Below, in pieces: positions 9,414 to 18,313 of a DNA stretch of 64,000 nucleotides (within the stretch, counting starts at the first letter, position 1; each line of letters starts with the position of its first letter). The DNA is from an uncultured Gemmatimonadales bacterium. GTDB lineage: Bacteria; Gemmatimonadota; Gemmatimonadetes; Gemmatimonadales; GWC2-71-9. The position numbers were made by a program, and so were the translations under genes. The notes below the pieces were generated by a model, which worked only from the letters and a program-made list of their open reading frames with translations, was not told the origin of the DNA and did no database searches. The stretch lies in contig CAVYSW010000003.1 of NCBI GenBank assembly GCA_963771275.1, positions 1,664,001 through 1,728,000 on the forward strand, given 5' to 3'.

Positions 9414-9819
9414 CGGCCTGTGTCCACAAAACAGGACACCCGGCCTTGGGGGGTTGACGGCGGCTGTCCGGTAGGCAAGTTACGGTGAGTTTCATCACGG
9501 TTGGGTTAGCGAGCGGATTCCCGAGGTCCTTCGCAGGGTCTATCTCGGCGGCCGCGGCGGCCGACGGTGCCGGTTTCCATCAGATAGCGGTTCGGGACTG
9601 AGGAGGAGGTCACAGCCACGTCGCGATTCGTGTCCGACTGCAGTCAGCATCCCACAATTCATCGGTTCACCTCGAGCGCGGCGCAATACGGCCGTTGCTC
9701 GTCCCGCCTCATCCGTGGGATCGATGGTACCCCGGGGTCTGCGACCTTGGGGCGAGCTTCGCTTTCGCCTGCTCACGTTCTGGGAGGTCTTTTCCATGCT
9801 TGAGAAGAGTGGAGCGGCC

Positions 9820-12800
9820 ATGAGCCGTTGGGCGCGCCTGGCGCTCGCGGTGGTCCTGCTCGCGTTCGGAGCCACGGGGCTCTGGGCACAGGGCACGACT
9901 GGCAAAATCGAGGGGACGGTTACCGACCCCAATGGCCAGCCCGTTGCGGGCGCCCAGGTCATCATCGTCGGCACGGCGGCCGGGGCGGTCACCGGCGGCA
10001 CCGGCTACTACTTCATCAACAACGTGCCGGCCGGCGTGTACACGCTCCGCGCCCAGATGATCGGCTTTTCGCCCAACGAGGTCCGCAACGCGCGCGTGCT
10101 CGCCGAACAGACGCTGACGGTGAACTTCAACCTGTCGACGGCCACGGTCCTCGGGGCGATCAGCGTCACGGTGCAGCAGAACCCGATCGTGCCGCGCGAC
10201 CAGGTGACGTCGAAATCGATCGTCACCGGCAGCGTGGTGAACGACATGCCGGTGGACAACGTGCGTGCGGTGCTGTCGCTCCAGCCGGGCGTGGTGGAGT
10301 CGGGCAAGGGGGACGGGCTGTCGATCCGCGGCGGCCGGGCCGGCGAGGCGGCGGTGTACGTCGACGGCGCGCTGGTGCGGAGCCAGAACACGGGCGGGTC
10401 GCGGCTCACCGTGGGCACGAACGCGCTCGAAGAGGCGTCCGTCACGACCGGCGCGCTCGGCGCCGAGTTCGGCGACGCCCAGTCGGGCGTGATCGCGTAC
10501 GTGACCAAGGCCGGGAGCTCGCAGTTCAGCGGGGCCGCGTCCTACGAGACCGACCAGCCGTTCGGCAAGAGCATCAGCGTCGGTTACAACCGCGGCGAGC
10601 TGTCGATCGGCGGGCCGATCATGAGCAACCTGACGTTCTACCTGTCGGGAACGCTCAACGGCCGGCAGTCGGGCGTCCGGGGGAAGGGCGGGGACGTCAT
10701 CCCCAGCTACGTCCTGGGCGGCCTCGACACGACCGTGATCGAGACCCAGGCGGACGGCAGCACCAAGGCGGTGGACATTCCGCGGTACGTCCAGTTCAGC
10801 GGCGCCTGCGATGCGTCCCTCAACTACGGCTACGAATGCCAGGGGCGCCGCCGGCCGTACAACTGGACGACGAACGCGACGGGCCAGGGCAAGCTGCAGT
10901 ACAGCTACGGCGGCGGCTCCGCGGTGTCGGCCACCGTCCTGTACAGCCAGGACCAGGCGCGCGACTGGAACTCGGGCTTCAACTACCGCCTGATGACCGG
11001 CACCCGCAGCTGGAGCAACGGGTTGATCGCGAACTGGACCCAGCAGGTGTTCCGCGAAGCGGAGCGCGAGCTGGCGTTCGACGTGAACCTGTCCTACCAG
11101 ACGGACCGCAGCATCTCGGGCGAGCTGGCTCCCTCGTACGAGCTGGGGCACCGCGACCCGTTCAACGGGTGGGTGCTCTCGCCGATGCAGTTCCGCGTCG
11201 ACTTCGACCACTTCTCGGACGACACCGCTGGGATGTACGGGCCGGGGAACGATACGCTCGTGGTCACCAGCCTGAACGGGCAGGCCGACTGGGACCGCCT
11301 GGTCCAGAACATCCGGACCAACCAGGGCACCCGGCTGCCGTACTGGAACCGCCAGGATCTGAACACGGGGCAGGCGTACCGCATGAACCCGTGGGCGCTC
11401 ACCACCGGCTACTCCACCGACGGGCTCGGCAACTTCAACTCGACGCTCTACCAGGAGCAGCGGTTCCTCGGCCGGGCCAACGTGGACTGGCAGTTCGACC
11501 GGTACAACCGGCTCAAGCTCGGCGGCGACGTGCAGCGCTCGCGCGTGAACTGGTTCAACTCCGGCGTGATCCGCCAGATCTTCCAGGAGGTCTACAGCGA
11601 GAAGCCGCTGCGCTACGGCGTGTACGGCCAGGACCGGCTCGATCTGGGCGACGTCGTAATCGAGGCCGGGCTGCGGTACGACTACTTCAACACGGGCGCG
11701 TACATCCCGGTGGTGCCGGGGCGCATCTTCACGAACCCGAATTTCAATCCGGCCGACTACCTCAATCCAGCCGACAGCGTGTTCTTCAAGGCCAGCGGTC
11801 ATGGGACCGTGTCGCCGCGCGTGCTGGTGTCGTTCCCGGTGACGGACCGGACCGGCTTCCGCCTGTCCTACTCGCATCAGGTGCAGTCGCCGGACCTGCA
11901 GTCGATCTATCAGGGCATCAACAACGACCTCGCGTTCACCAACACGAACGACAACTTCCCGCGCGACGTCACGTGGGGCAAGACGATCCTGTTCGAGTTC
12001 GGCATCCGGCACGCGTTCAGCCAGGATTTCGTGTTCGACATCTCGGCGTACAACAAGGACAAGGTGTCGGATCTGGCCGCGCGCATCCTGCCGTTCTACG
12101 ATCCCGCGACCCAGAAGATCGCGAACATCAACGTCCTGACCAACGCGGACTTCGGGAACACGCGGGGCGTGGACATGAGCCTGATCAGCCGCGTCGGCGA
12201 CTTCTTCAACGGGACGCTGACCTACACGTATCAGGTGGCCAAGAGCACGGGGACGGATCCGTTCTCGTACTTGAACACCACGTCGCGGGCGACGCTGGCC
12301 GTCACCGGTGAGCGGGTGGACCCGCCGCAGGCGCTGCTGCCGTTCGGCGAGAACCGCACGCACAACATCTCGGGCGCGCTCGCGTTCAGCTTCCCGAACG
12401 ACTTCGCGTCGGGCAGCTGGTACGGCACGGTGCTCAAGAACGGCGGCGCGTTCCTGCGCTTCCGGTTCGCGAGCGGCCTGCCGTTCACCAAGCTGGTCAA
12501 CTCCGGCGCCGGGCAGCGCGCGCCGTTCGAAGCGTGGGGACTCTCGGGCGCGGGTGCGGAGCCGCCGAACAGCTCGACGATGCCGTGGATCAAGGAAATG
12601 GACCTCCGGCTCACCAAGGGTCTCCGGCTCGCGGGCGCGGATTGGACGGTGTTCGCCGACGTCCGCAACCTGCTGAACCTGACGTCGATCACCCAGCTGT
12701 TCATCGAGACGGGAGACGTGGTGAACGCCACCCATCGACAGCTGAACTCGAGCAACGAGGTGTCGCGGCTGGTGGCCGAGGCCGGATCGAACGCGGTGAC

Positions 12801-13044
12801 GCAGAGCGATGGCTCGGTGTCGATCATGCTGCCGGCCACTTGCAGCGGCACGACCTGGCAAGGCGGACCGGTCAACTGCGTGCTGCTGAAGCGCGCCGAG
12901 GCCCGGTTCGGCAATGGCGACGGGACGTTCACCCGCGCCGAGTACATCGCGATGTGGGACGCGGAGTACGACATCTTCAACGGCAAGTACACGTTCTACG
13001 ACGCGCCGCGCAGCATCCGGCTCGGCTTCGAGCTGCGGTTCTAA
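9820..13044 (+). CDS. TonB-dependent-receptor-like outer-membrane barrel with N-terminal carboxypeptidase-regulatory-like domain (alternative ATG at 9796)
   Basis: Signal peptide ending LWA|Q, GKIEGTVTD...PAGVYTL domain, plug LQPGVV/IRGGR/TGALGAEFGDAQSGVI, GLRYDY, C-terminal PRSIRLGFELRF beta-signal. Confidence 0.9.
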   Translation: MSRWARLALAVVLLAFGATGLWAQGTTGKIEGTVTDPNGQPVAGAQVIIVGTAAGAVTGGTGYYFINNVPAGVYTLRAQMIGFSPNEVRNARVLAEQTLTVNFNLSTATVLGAISVTVQQNPIVPRDQVTSKSIVTGSVVNDMPVDNVRAVLSLQPGVVESGKGDGLSIRGGRAGEAAVYVDGALVRSQNTGGSRLTVGTNALEEASVTTGALGAEFGDAQSGVIAYVTKAGSSQFSGAASYETDQPFGKSISVGYNRGELSIGGPIMSNLTFYLSGTLNGRQSGVRGKGGDVIPSYVLGGLDTTVIETQADGSTKAVDIPRYVQFSGACDASLNYGYECQGRRRPYNWTTNATGQGKLQYSYGGGSAVSATVLYSQDQARDWNSGFNYRLMTGTRSWSNGLIANWTQQVFREAERELAFDVNLSYQTDRSISGELAPSYELGHRDPFNGWVLSPMQFRVDFDHFSDDTAGMYGPGNDTLVVTSLNGQADWDRLVQNIRTNQGTRLPYWNRQDLNTGQAYRMNPWALTTGYSTDGLGNFNSTLYQEQRFLGRANVDWQFDRYNRLKLGGDVQRSRVNWFNSGVIRQIFQEVYSEKPLRYGVYGQDRLDLGDVVIEAGLRYDYFNTGAYIPVVPGRIFTNPNFNPADYLNPADSVFFKASGHGTVSPRVLVSFPVTDRTGFRLSYSHQVQSPDLQSIYQGINNDLAFTNTNDNFPRDVTWGKTILFEFGIRHAFSQDFVFDISAYNKDKVSDLAARILPFYDPATQKIANINVLTNADFGNTRGVDMSLISRVGDFFNGTLTYTYQVAKSTGTDPFSYLNTTSRATLAVTGERVDPPQALLPFGENRTHNISGALAFSFPNDFASGSWYGTVLKNGGAFLRFRFASGLPFTKLVNSGAGQRAPFEAWGLSGAGAEPPNSSTMPWIKEMDLRLTKGLRLAGADWTVFADVRNLLNLTSITQLFIETGDVVNATHRQLNSSNEVSRLVAEAGSNAVTQSDGSVSIMLPATCSGTTWQGGPVNCVLLKRAEARFGNGDGTFTRAEYIAMWDAEYDIFNGKYTFYDAPRSIRLGFELRF

Positions 13045-13058
13045 CGGGGAGTCGAGGG

Positions 13059-13088
13059 GGGCGGCGTCCGGACGACCGGGCGCCGCCC
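13059..13088 (+). other. GC-rich intergenic hairpin without U-tract
   Basis: gggcggcgtccgg-acga-ccgggcgccgccc. Confidence 0.65.
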
Positions 13089-13122
13089 ACGACGATCACC
13101 AGCTCTCGAGGGATTCTGACCT

Positions 13123-16100
13123 ATGCATTCACGCCTGATCAGCCGAGTGACGCGCGCCGTCCTGGTGGGGCTTGCCCTGGCAGTGATCGTGGGGCAGGCG
13201 GCCGCGCGTCCCAAGCCGGGCGCGCGCCAGTCGAGGGGGTTCAACCTCTTCGCGGGAGTCAACGTGAAGATGGTGGTGAACCGCGTTGACTGTAACATCA
13301 ACAACCTTGGCGAAGTGTGCGTCGACCCGACCAACTCGCCGAGCATCCCGGGTGGCTTCTGGCCGCGCGGGACGCCCGACCAGTACATCTTCAACTCCGG
13401 CCTGCAGCTCGCGGGGGTCATCCCGGCCAGCGCGGGCTTCGCGTGGGCCGGCGACACTGTGGGCGCCTACTTCATGGACCCGCGCGGTGACCAGGCCGTG
13501 GGCCGGGGCATCACGCAGACCTTCAGCTCGATCGACCCAGCCGACGCGGCCGCCTGGCCGTACGCCGCGTACGTCCGCGACACCGCGATCTATGCGTCGG
13601 CCCTGATCAACCGCCCCAACGTCTCGCAGCAGGACATGTGGATGCGGGCGTGGGACGGCGACCCGAGCCTCACGACCGGGCGGACCCACCCGATGGGGAT
13701 CCTGGTCGATCAGCGCGGGCTGGCCTGGAACTTCCCGACCGGCAACGAGGACATCCTCTATTTCGTCTACAATTTCATCAACATCACGCCAACCGATCGA
13801 TCCGTCTATCTGGCCAACCTGCCGCCATACCTGGCCAACGACGCCCAGGCGGTGGACGAGATCGTGGCCGTCGGGCAGCGCCTGCACGACGGGGCGGCGA
13901 CCACGCTCGGCGTGACCATTCCGAGCGGCGGGTACCCGATCGACAACATGTACGCCGCGTTCTTCATGGACCCGGACGTCGCCGACGCGAATTTCAACTA
14001 CTCGACGGCGGTGCTGCCGTTCAGCCTGGCCGTGGCGTACGCGAACACCTTCGAGGGGCTCGCCGGCTACCTCTTCCCGCCCGACATCTTCGGCGCGCCG
14101 TTCGCGGCCGCCCAGGGCTTCGTCGGCGTGAAGTACCTCAAGAGCCCGAAGAACCCGGCCACGGGTGAGGAATTCGGTCTCACCATGTTCTCCAACACGC
14201 TCAACTTGGGCACCGGCTTCCCGGACCCGACGGGCGTGATCCAGATGTGGCGCTATCTCTCCGGCAACATCAATACCTCCGCCGGGGACAACCCCTGCAC
14301 GTTCCCCAACCCGATCCAGCGGCGCCTGTGCTACTTGTCGCAGGACCCGGTGGACACGCGCTTCTTCCAGTCGTCGGGTCCGTTCTCGCTCGAGCCCGGC
14401 CAGGTCCAGACGATCGTCGTGGCATACGTCCACGCCGCACCGGTGGCGGCCGCGATCGTGGTCGGCAGCGACCTCAAGCCCGGCATCCCGTCGAGCGGCG
14501 CGCAGTTCGCGGCCGGCGACACCGCCCGGACCGTCGAGCGGGGAACCGGGTGGGTGAGTGCCACTGACGCGAACGGCAACGGCGTGATCGAGCAGCAGGA
14601 AGTCGAGACCGTGCCGCGCTCGCTGCTGTGGAAGTCCCTGGTGGCCCAGGCCGTGTTCGACAACAAGTTCCTGCTGCCGTTCGCCCCGGAGCCCCCGGCG
14701 TTCTTCCTCGTGCCGGGCGACAACCAGGTGACGGTGGTCTGGGAGCCCTCGCCGACCGAGGATACGGGTGATCCGTACTTCGTCGTGGCCGGCGCCCCGA
14801 CGGTGCCCGGCCCGGGTGGCGAGCCCGTGCCCAACCCGCTGTTTGATCCCAACTTCCGCCAGAAGGACGTGGAAGGCTACCGCATCTATCGCGGCCGCAC
14901 GTCCGGCAATCTGGCGCTGATCGCCCAGCTCGACTACGGGACCACCACGTTCGTGGACTACACCGGCGCGATCGACTACGGGCAGTGCGCGCCCGAGCTG
15001 GGCATCGTGGGCCCGAGCAGCACCTGCCCGGTGACGTTCGAGTACCCCGTCACCGAGATCCTGCCGACGACCCTGCATAACGACGTTGGCATCGTCGGCA
15101 ATGTGATTCAGGTCCCGGCCGGCGGTCGCGTGAAGCTGGCCGACGGCTCGGTGTTCGTCGTGAAGGCCGACACCGCGGTCACGGGCGGCAACACCGGCAA
15201 ACCGGCGCTGGACGATACCGGCGTGCCGTTCGCCTTCATTGATCGTGGCGTGATCAACTCGGTGACGTACTTCTATGCCGTCACGGCGTTCGACGTGAAC
15301 TCGCTGCAGTCGGGTCCGTCGTCGCTCGAGTCCCCCCCCATCGCGCGGTCCACGGTGCCACGGGCGTCCTCCAGCCAGCTCGCGCTGGGACAGCTCGGAT
15401 CCGTCAAGCTGCTCGGGGGCGACGACACCGAGCTCGACCCCAACGCCGCGCTGCCGACGATCGACCCGACAACGGGGATCTTCTCCGGGCCGATGCCGCC
15501 GACCGACGGTATCGATCTCGGTCTGGCGGCGTTCATCTCCGAGCTGCTGCCGACCGAAGAGGGCGCGGTCAACGTCACGATCGACTCGATCGTGCCGGGC
15601 TACGCCACGGGGCTGGGGAACGGCGCCGCGGAGACCCCCGTGACGTACTACTTCACCGGCCAGGGGTCCGGTGCTCCCGTCCAGTTCTCACTGGCGGTCC
15701 AGCAGGAGGTCACCAGCGACCTGGGCCACGGCTCGGCCAACTTCCCGGCCACGAACGTGGACTCGGCGCGGGCCTCGCTCTACGGCGGTGCGCAGAGCGC
15801 GTTCCTCGCCGGCAAGGTCTCGGTCACCATTCCGGGCGACTATCGGTTGGCATCGTACGGACGCGCCGCGGCCAATGGTGATCCGGAAGGCGCGTCGGAG
15901 CAGACCGGGCCACGCTGGTGGGCCGGGAGCGACAACGAAAACACCAACCTGCCCAACTCCGGCTACTGCGTGCCGTGGGCCTCCACCTGCGGCGGCGCAA
16001 CGCCGGTGCCGGATGTGACACTCACGGCCGGCAAGCTGCCGGGCGTGGATACGGTGTTCCATCCGTCGGGGTACATCTCGATTCAGAGCGTTCCGGGGCG

Positions 16101-17046
16101 GGACCTCGACGCCGCCTTTGCCGGGGTCGTGCGTGCCGCGGACTTCAGCGTCTACTGGGGTGCCGCAGGCGCGGTGGATTCCGTAATCGACGTGACGCAT
16201 CACGTCCCCGTGCCGTTCTCCACCAAGCTCCGGGCGTCCTGGGGCATTCTCAACGCGTCGGGATTCGCCGGTACGAACCAGGCGCTGACCGACGACCGGC
16301 GCAACGACGTGCTCACATGGGGCGACATCATCTGCGTGGACCCGGTGCCCGCGCTGATGGACGGCACCGGCACGCGCAAGTGCGGTGGCGCGGCGCAGAC
16401 GCCGGCCGTGTTCTCGCAGACCGCCGAGCTCAGCCTCATCGCGCCGCGCTCGTCGGGGGCCACGCAGCCGAACCTGGCCGCGCTCGCCGCATCAGTGGTG
16501 AGCACGCAAGGGTTCATCTTCTATCTCAACGGGCACTTCTTCCTGATGTCGATGGCCAGTCTCCCGGCCTCCGGCACGGTGTGGCATGCCCGGTTCTTCT
16601 CAGGCAACGTCACCGGGTACGCGGCCGACGCGAATTACGGCTTCGTGGGGGACATCCGGCCGCCGGCGGTGCCGGGCCTCAGGGTCGCGATCACGTACTC
16701 GGGATCGAGCCTGAACGACTCGGTGACTACCGACGCGATGCTGGCGAAGGTGCACACGCTGCCGGATCCGTACTACGTCACCAGCAACATGGAGATCACG
16801 ACGCAGCGGAAGGTGCTGAAGTTCGTCAATCTCCCGGCGCAGTGCGTGATCCGCATCTACTCGTTGAGCGGCGTGCTCGTGAACCTGATCGAGCACAACG
16901 ACCCGACGGGCGGCGGCGAGGCTACATGGGGTGTTCGCAACCGGAACAACCAGTTCGTCGCGTCCGGCGTGTACTTCTACCACGTCGAGACGCCCGACGG
17001 GAAGCAGAAGGTGGGCCGGTTCACCGTCGTCAACTACGCCCAGTGA
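13123..17046 (+). CDS. Large secreted protein with split FN3-like module and T9SS-type C-terminal sorting domain
   Basis: Signal peptide; PEPPAFFLVPGDNQVTVVW/VEGYRIYR/FIDRGVINSVTYFYAVTAFD; C-terminus KVHTLPDPYY...IRIYSLSGVLV...W..RN...VASGVYFYHV...GRFTVV resembles the type A CTD/FlgD-Ig tail. Confidence 0.8.
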   Translation: MHSRLISRVTRAVLVGLALAVIVGQAAARPKPGARQSRGFNLFAGVNVKMVVNRVDCNINNLGEVCVDPTNSPSIPGGFWPRGTPDQYIFNSGLQLAGVIPASAGFAWAGDTVGAYFMDPRGDQAVGRGITQTFSSIDPADAAAWPYAAYVRDTAIYASALINRPNVSQQDMWMRAWDGDPSLTTGRTHPMGILVDQRGLAWNFPTGNEDILYFVYNFINITPTDRSVYLANLPPYLANDAQAVDEIVAVGQRLHDGAATTLGVTIPSGGYPIDNMYAAFFMDPDVADANFNYSTAVLPFSLAVAYANTFEGLAGYLFPPDIFGAPFAAAQGFVGVKYLKSPKNPATGEEFGLTMFSNTLNLGTGFPDPTGVIQMWRYLSGNINTSAGDNPCTFPNPIQRRLCYLSQDPVDTRFFQSSGPFSLEPGQVQTIVVAYVHAAPVAAAIVVGSDLKPGIPSSGAQFAAGDTARTVERGTGWVSATDANGNGVIEQQEVETVPRSLLWKSLVAQAVFDNKFLLPFAPEPPAFFLVPGDNQVTVVWEPSPTEDTGDPYFVVAGAPTVPGPGGEPVPNPLFDPNFRQKDVEGYRIYRGRTSGNLALIAQLDYGTTTFVDYTGAIDYGQCAPELGIVGPSSTCPVTFEYPVTEILPTTLHNDVGIVGNVIQVPAGGRVKLADGSVFVVKADTAVTGGNTGKPALDDTGVPFAFIDRGVINSVTYFYAVTAFDVNSLQSGPSSLESPPIARSTVPRASSSQLALGQLGSVKLLGGDDTELDPNAALPTIDPTTGIFSGPMPPTDGIDLGLAAFISELLPTEEGAVNVTIDSIVPGYATGLGNGAAETPVTYYFTGQGSGAPVQFSLAVQQEVTSDLGHGSANFPATNVDSARASLYGGAQSAFLAGKVSVTIPGDYRLASYGRAAANGDPEGASEQTGPRWWAGSDNENTNLPNSGYCVPWASTCGGATPVPDVTLTAGKLPGVDTVFHPSGYISIQSVPGRDLDAAFAGVVRAADFSVYWGAAGAVDSVIDVTHHVPVPFSTKLRASWGILNASGFAGTNQALTDDRRNDVLTWGDIICVDPVPALMDGTGTRKCGGAAQTPAVFSQTAELSLIAPRSSGATQPNLAALAASVVSTQGFIFYLNGHFFLMSMASLPASGTVWHARFFSGNVTGYAADANYGFVGDIRPPAVPGLRVAITYSGSSLNDSVTTDAMLAKVHTLPDPYYVTSNMEITTQRKVLKFVNLPAQCVIRIYSLSGVLVNLIEHNDPTGGGEATWGVRNRNNQFVASGVYFYHVETPDGKQKVGRFTVVNYAQ

Positions 17047-17052
17047 TTGACC

Positions 17053-17081
17053 GGGGCGTGGCGGCTCGGCCGCCACGCCCC
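17053..17081 (+). other. GC-rich intergenic hairpin without U-tract
   Basis: ggggcgtggcgg-ctcgg-ccgccacgcccc. Confidence 0.65.
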
Positions 17082-17100
17082 CGCCTCGGAGGCTGACATT

Positions 17101-18258
17101 ATGAATCGATTCCTGAGTGGAGTCCTCGTCGCGGCGCTGGGCGTGACAATGGCGGTGCCGGTTGCGGCACAGACAACGCCGACGACGAACAACACGGCCT
17201 ACGGCACGACCTCGGCCGAATTCCTGCTGCTCGGCGCCGGCGCCCGCGGTGCGGCCCTTGGCGGGTCGTTCGCCGCGATCGCCACCGACGTCGAGGCGCT
17301 GTACTGGAACCCCGGCGGGCTCGCGCAGCTCGAGCGCCCCGGGCTCACCGTCGGCACGTACAGCTACGTGGCCAACACTCGCTACACCTGGGCGGGAATC
17401 GCCTTCCCGATGGGAGGCGGCGCCCGCGCCATCGGCATCCAGGGGGGCAGCTTCGGGTTCTCCGGGCAGCCGATCTACACCCTGGAGAATCCCGAGGGCG
17501 ACGGCACGACGTACAGTGTCCGTGAGACCTTCGTGGGCCTGACCTATGCGCAGAACTTCTCCGACCGCTTCTCGGCGGGGATGACGGCGAAGTTCATCTC
17601 GGACCAGCTGGGCCTCGTGTCCGGTACCGGGTTCGCCCTCGACTTCGGCACCAACTTCCATGCCATGATCGGTCCACGGCCGATCCGCGCGTCGTTCGTG
17701 ATCCAGAACCTCGGTTCCACGATCAAGCACGACGGCCGCGGCCTCGACGTGACGGCCGTCCGGCCGCCGCCCCAGGGGCAGGTGGATCTGCCGCAGGAGC
17801 CGCAGCCGGCGCGCTACCAGACCAAGGACTTCGGGCTGCCGGTCGTGTTCCGCGTCGGTCTCGCCTTCGACTTCATCAGCATGGGGTCGGGACGGGTCAC
17901 GGCGCTCGGTGAGTTCACGCAGCCCAATAACAGCACCGCCTCGGCCAACGGCGGGCTCGAGGCGACGCTGCTCAACGTCGGCGGCACGGGATTCTCCCTG
18001 GCCGCGCGCGGCAGCTACACCTATCAGGCCGACAACAACTTCGACGCCAGCTGCGCGGCAGCCGGGTTCGGCTGCACCGGGACCGGCACGACATTCAGCA
18101 CCAACGTCAGCAGCAAGGATTGGCAGGACGGGCTGGCCCTGGGCGGCGGCGTCGGCTTCCGGTCCCGCAGCGGGTTCGGGCTGATGGTAGACTACGCCTG
18201 GCGGAGCCTGGGTCTGCTGGGTGGGACGAACTTCTTCAGCGCCACGCTGCATTGGTGA
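17101..18258 (+). CDS. PorV/PorQ-family (FadL-like) outer-membrane barrel
   Basis: Signal peptide AA|Q, FLLLGAGARGAALG and ALYWNPGGLA motifs, FSAGMTAKFI, QNLG, LPVVFRVG, terminal aromatic residue. Confidence 0.85.
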   Translation: MNRFLSGVLVAALGVTMAVPVAAQTTPTTNNTAYGTTSAEFLLLGAGARGAALGGSFAAIATDVEALYWNPGGLAQLERPGLTVGTYSYVANTRYTWAGIAFPMGGGARAIGIQGGSFGFSGQPIYTLENPEGDGTTYSVRETFVGLTYAQNFSDRFSAGMTAKFISDQLGLVSGTGFALDFGTNFHAMIGPRPIRASFVIQNLGSTIKHDGRGLDVTAVRPPPQGQVDLPQEPQPARYQTKDFGLPVVFRVGLAFDFISMGSGRVTALGEFTQPNNSTASANGGLEATLLNVGGTGFSLAARGSYTYQADNNFDASCAAAGFGCTGTGTTFSTNVSSKDWQDGLALGGGVGFRSRSGFGLMVDYAWRSLGLLGGTNFFSATLHW

Positions 18259-18313
18259 GCGCGACGCGTGGGGGACCGGCCGGTCCGGTCGCCCCGCGCG
18301 AGGCTGAGCAGGC

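Noticed and set aside
9500..9795. Cobalamin, TPP or c-di-GMP riboswitch before the TonB receptor
   Set aside because: I could not find the conserved cores by eye; left open pending an Rfam scan
9709..12861. 1050-aa minus-strand ORF, and similar long antisense or off-frame ORFs (25928..31702, 27130..30579, 35598..38102, 56192..58372)
   Set aside because: Shadow ORFs of high-GC coding genes: Arg/Ala/Pro-rich, no motifs, fully overlapping well-supported genes
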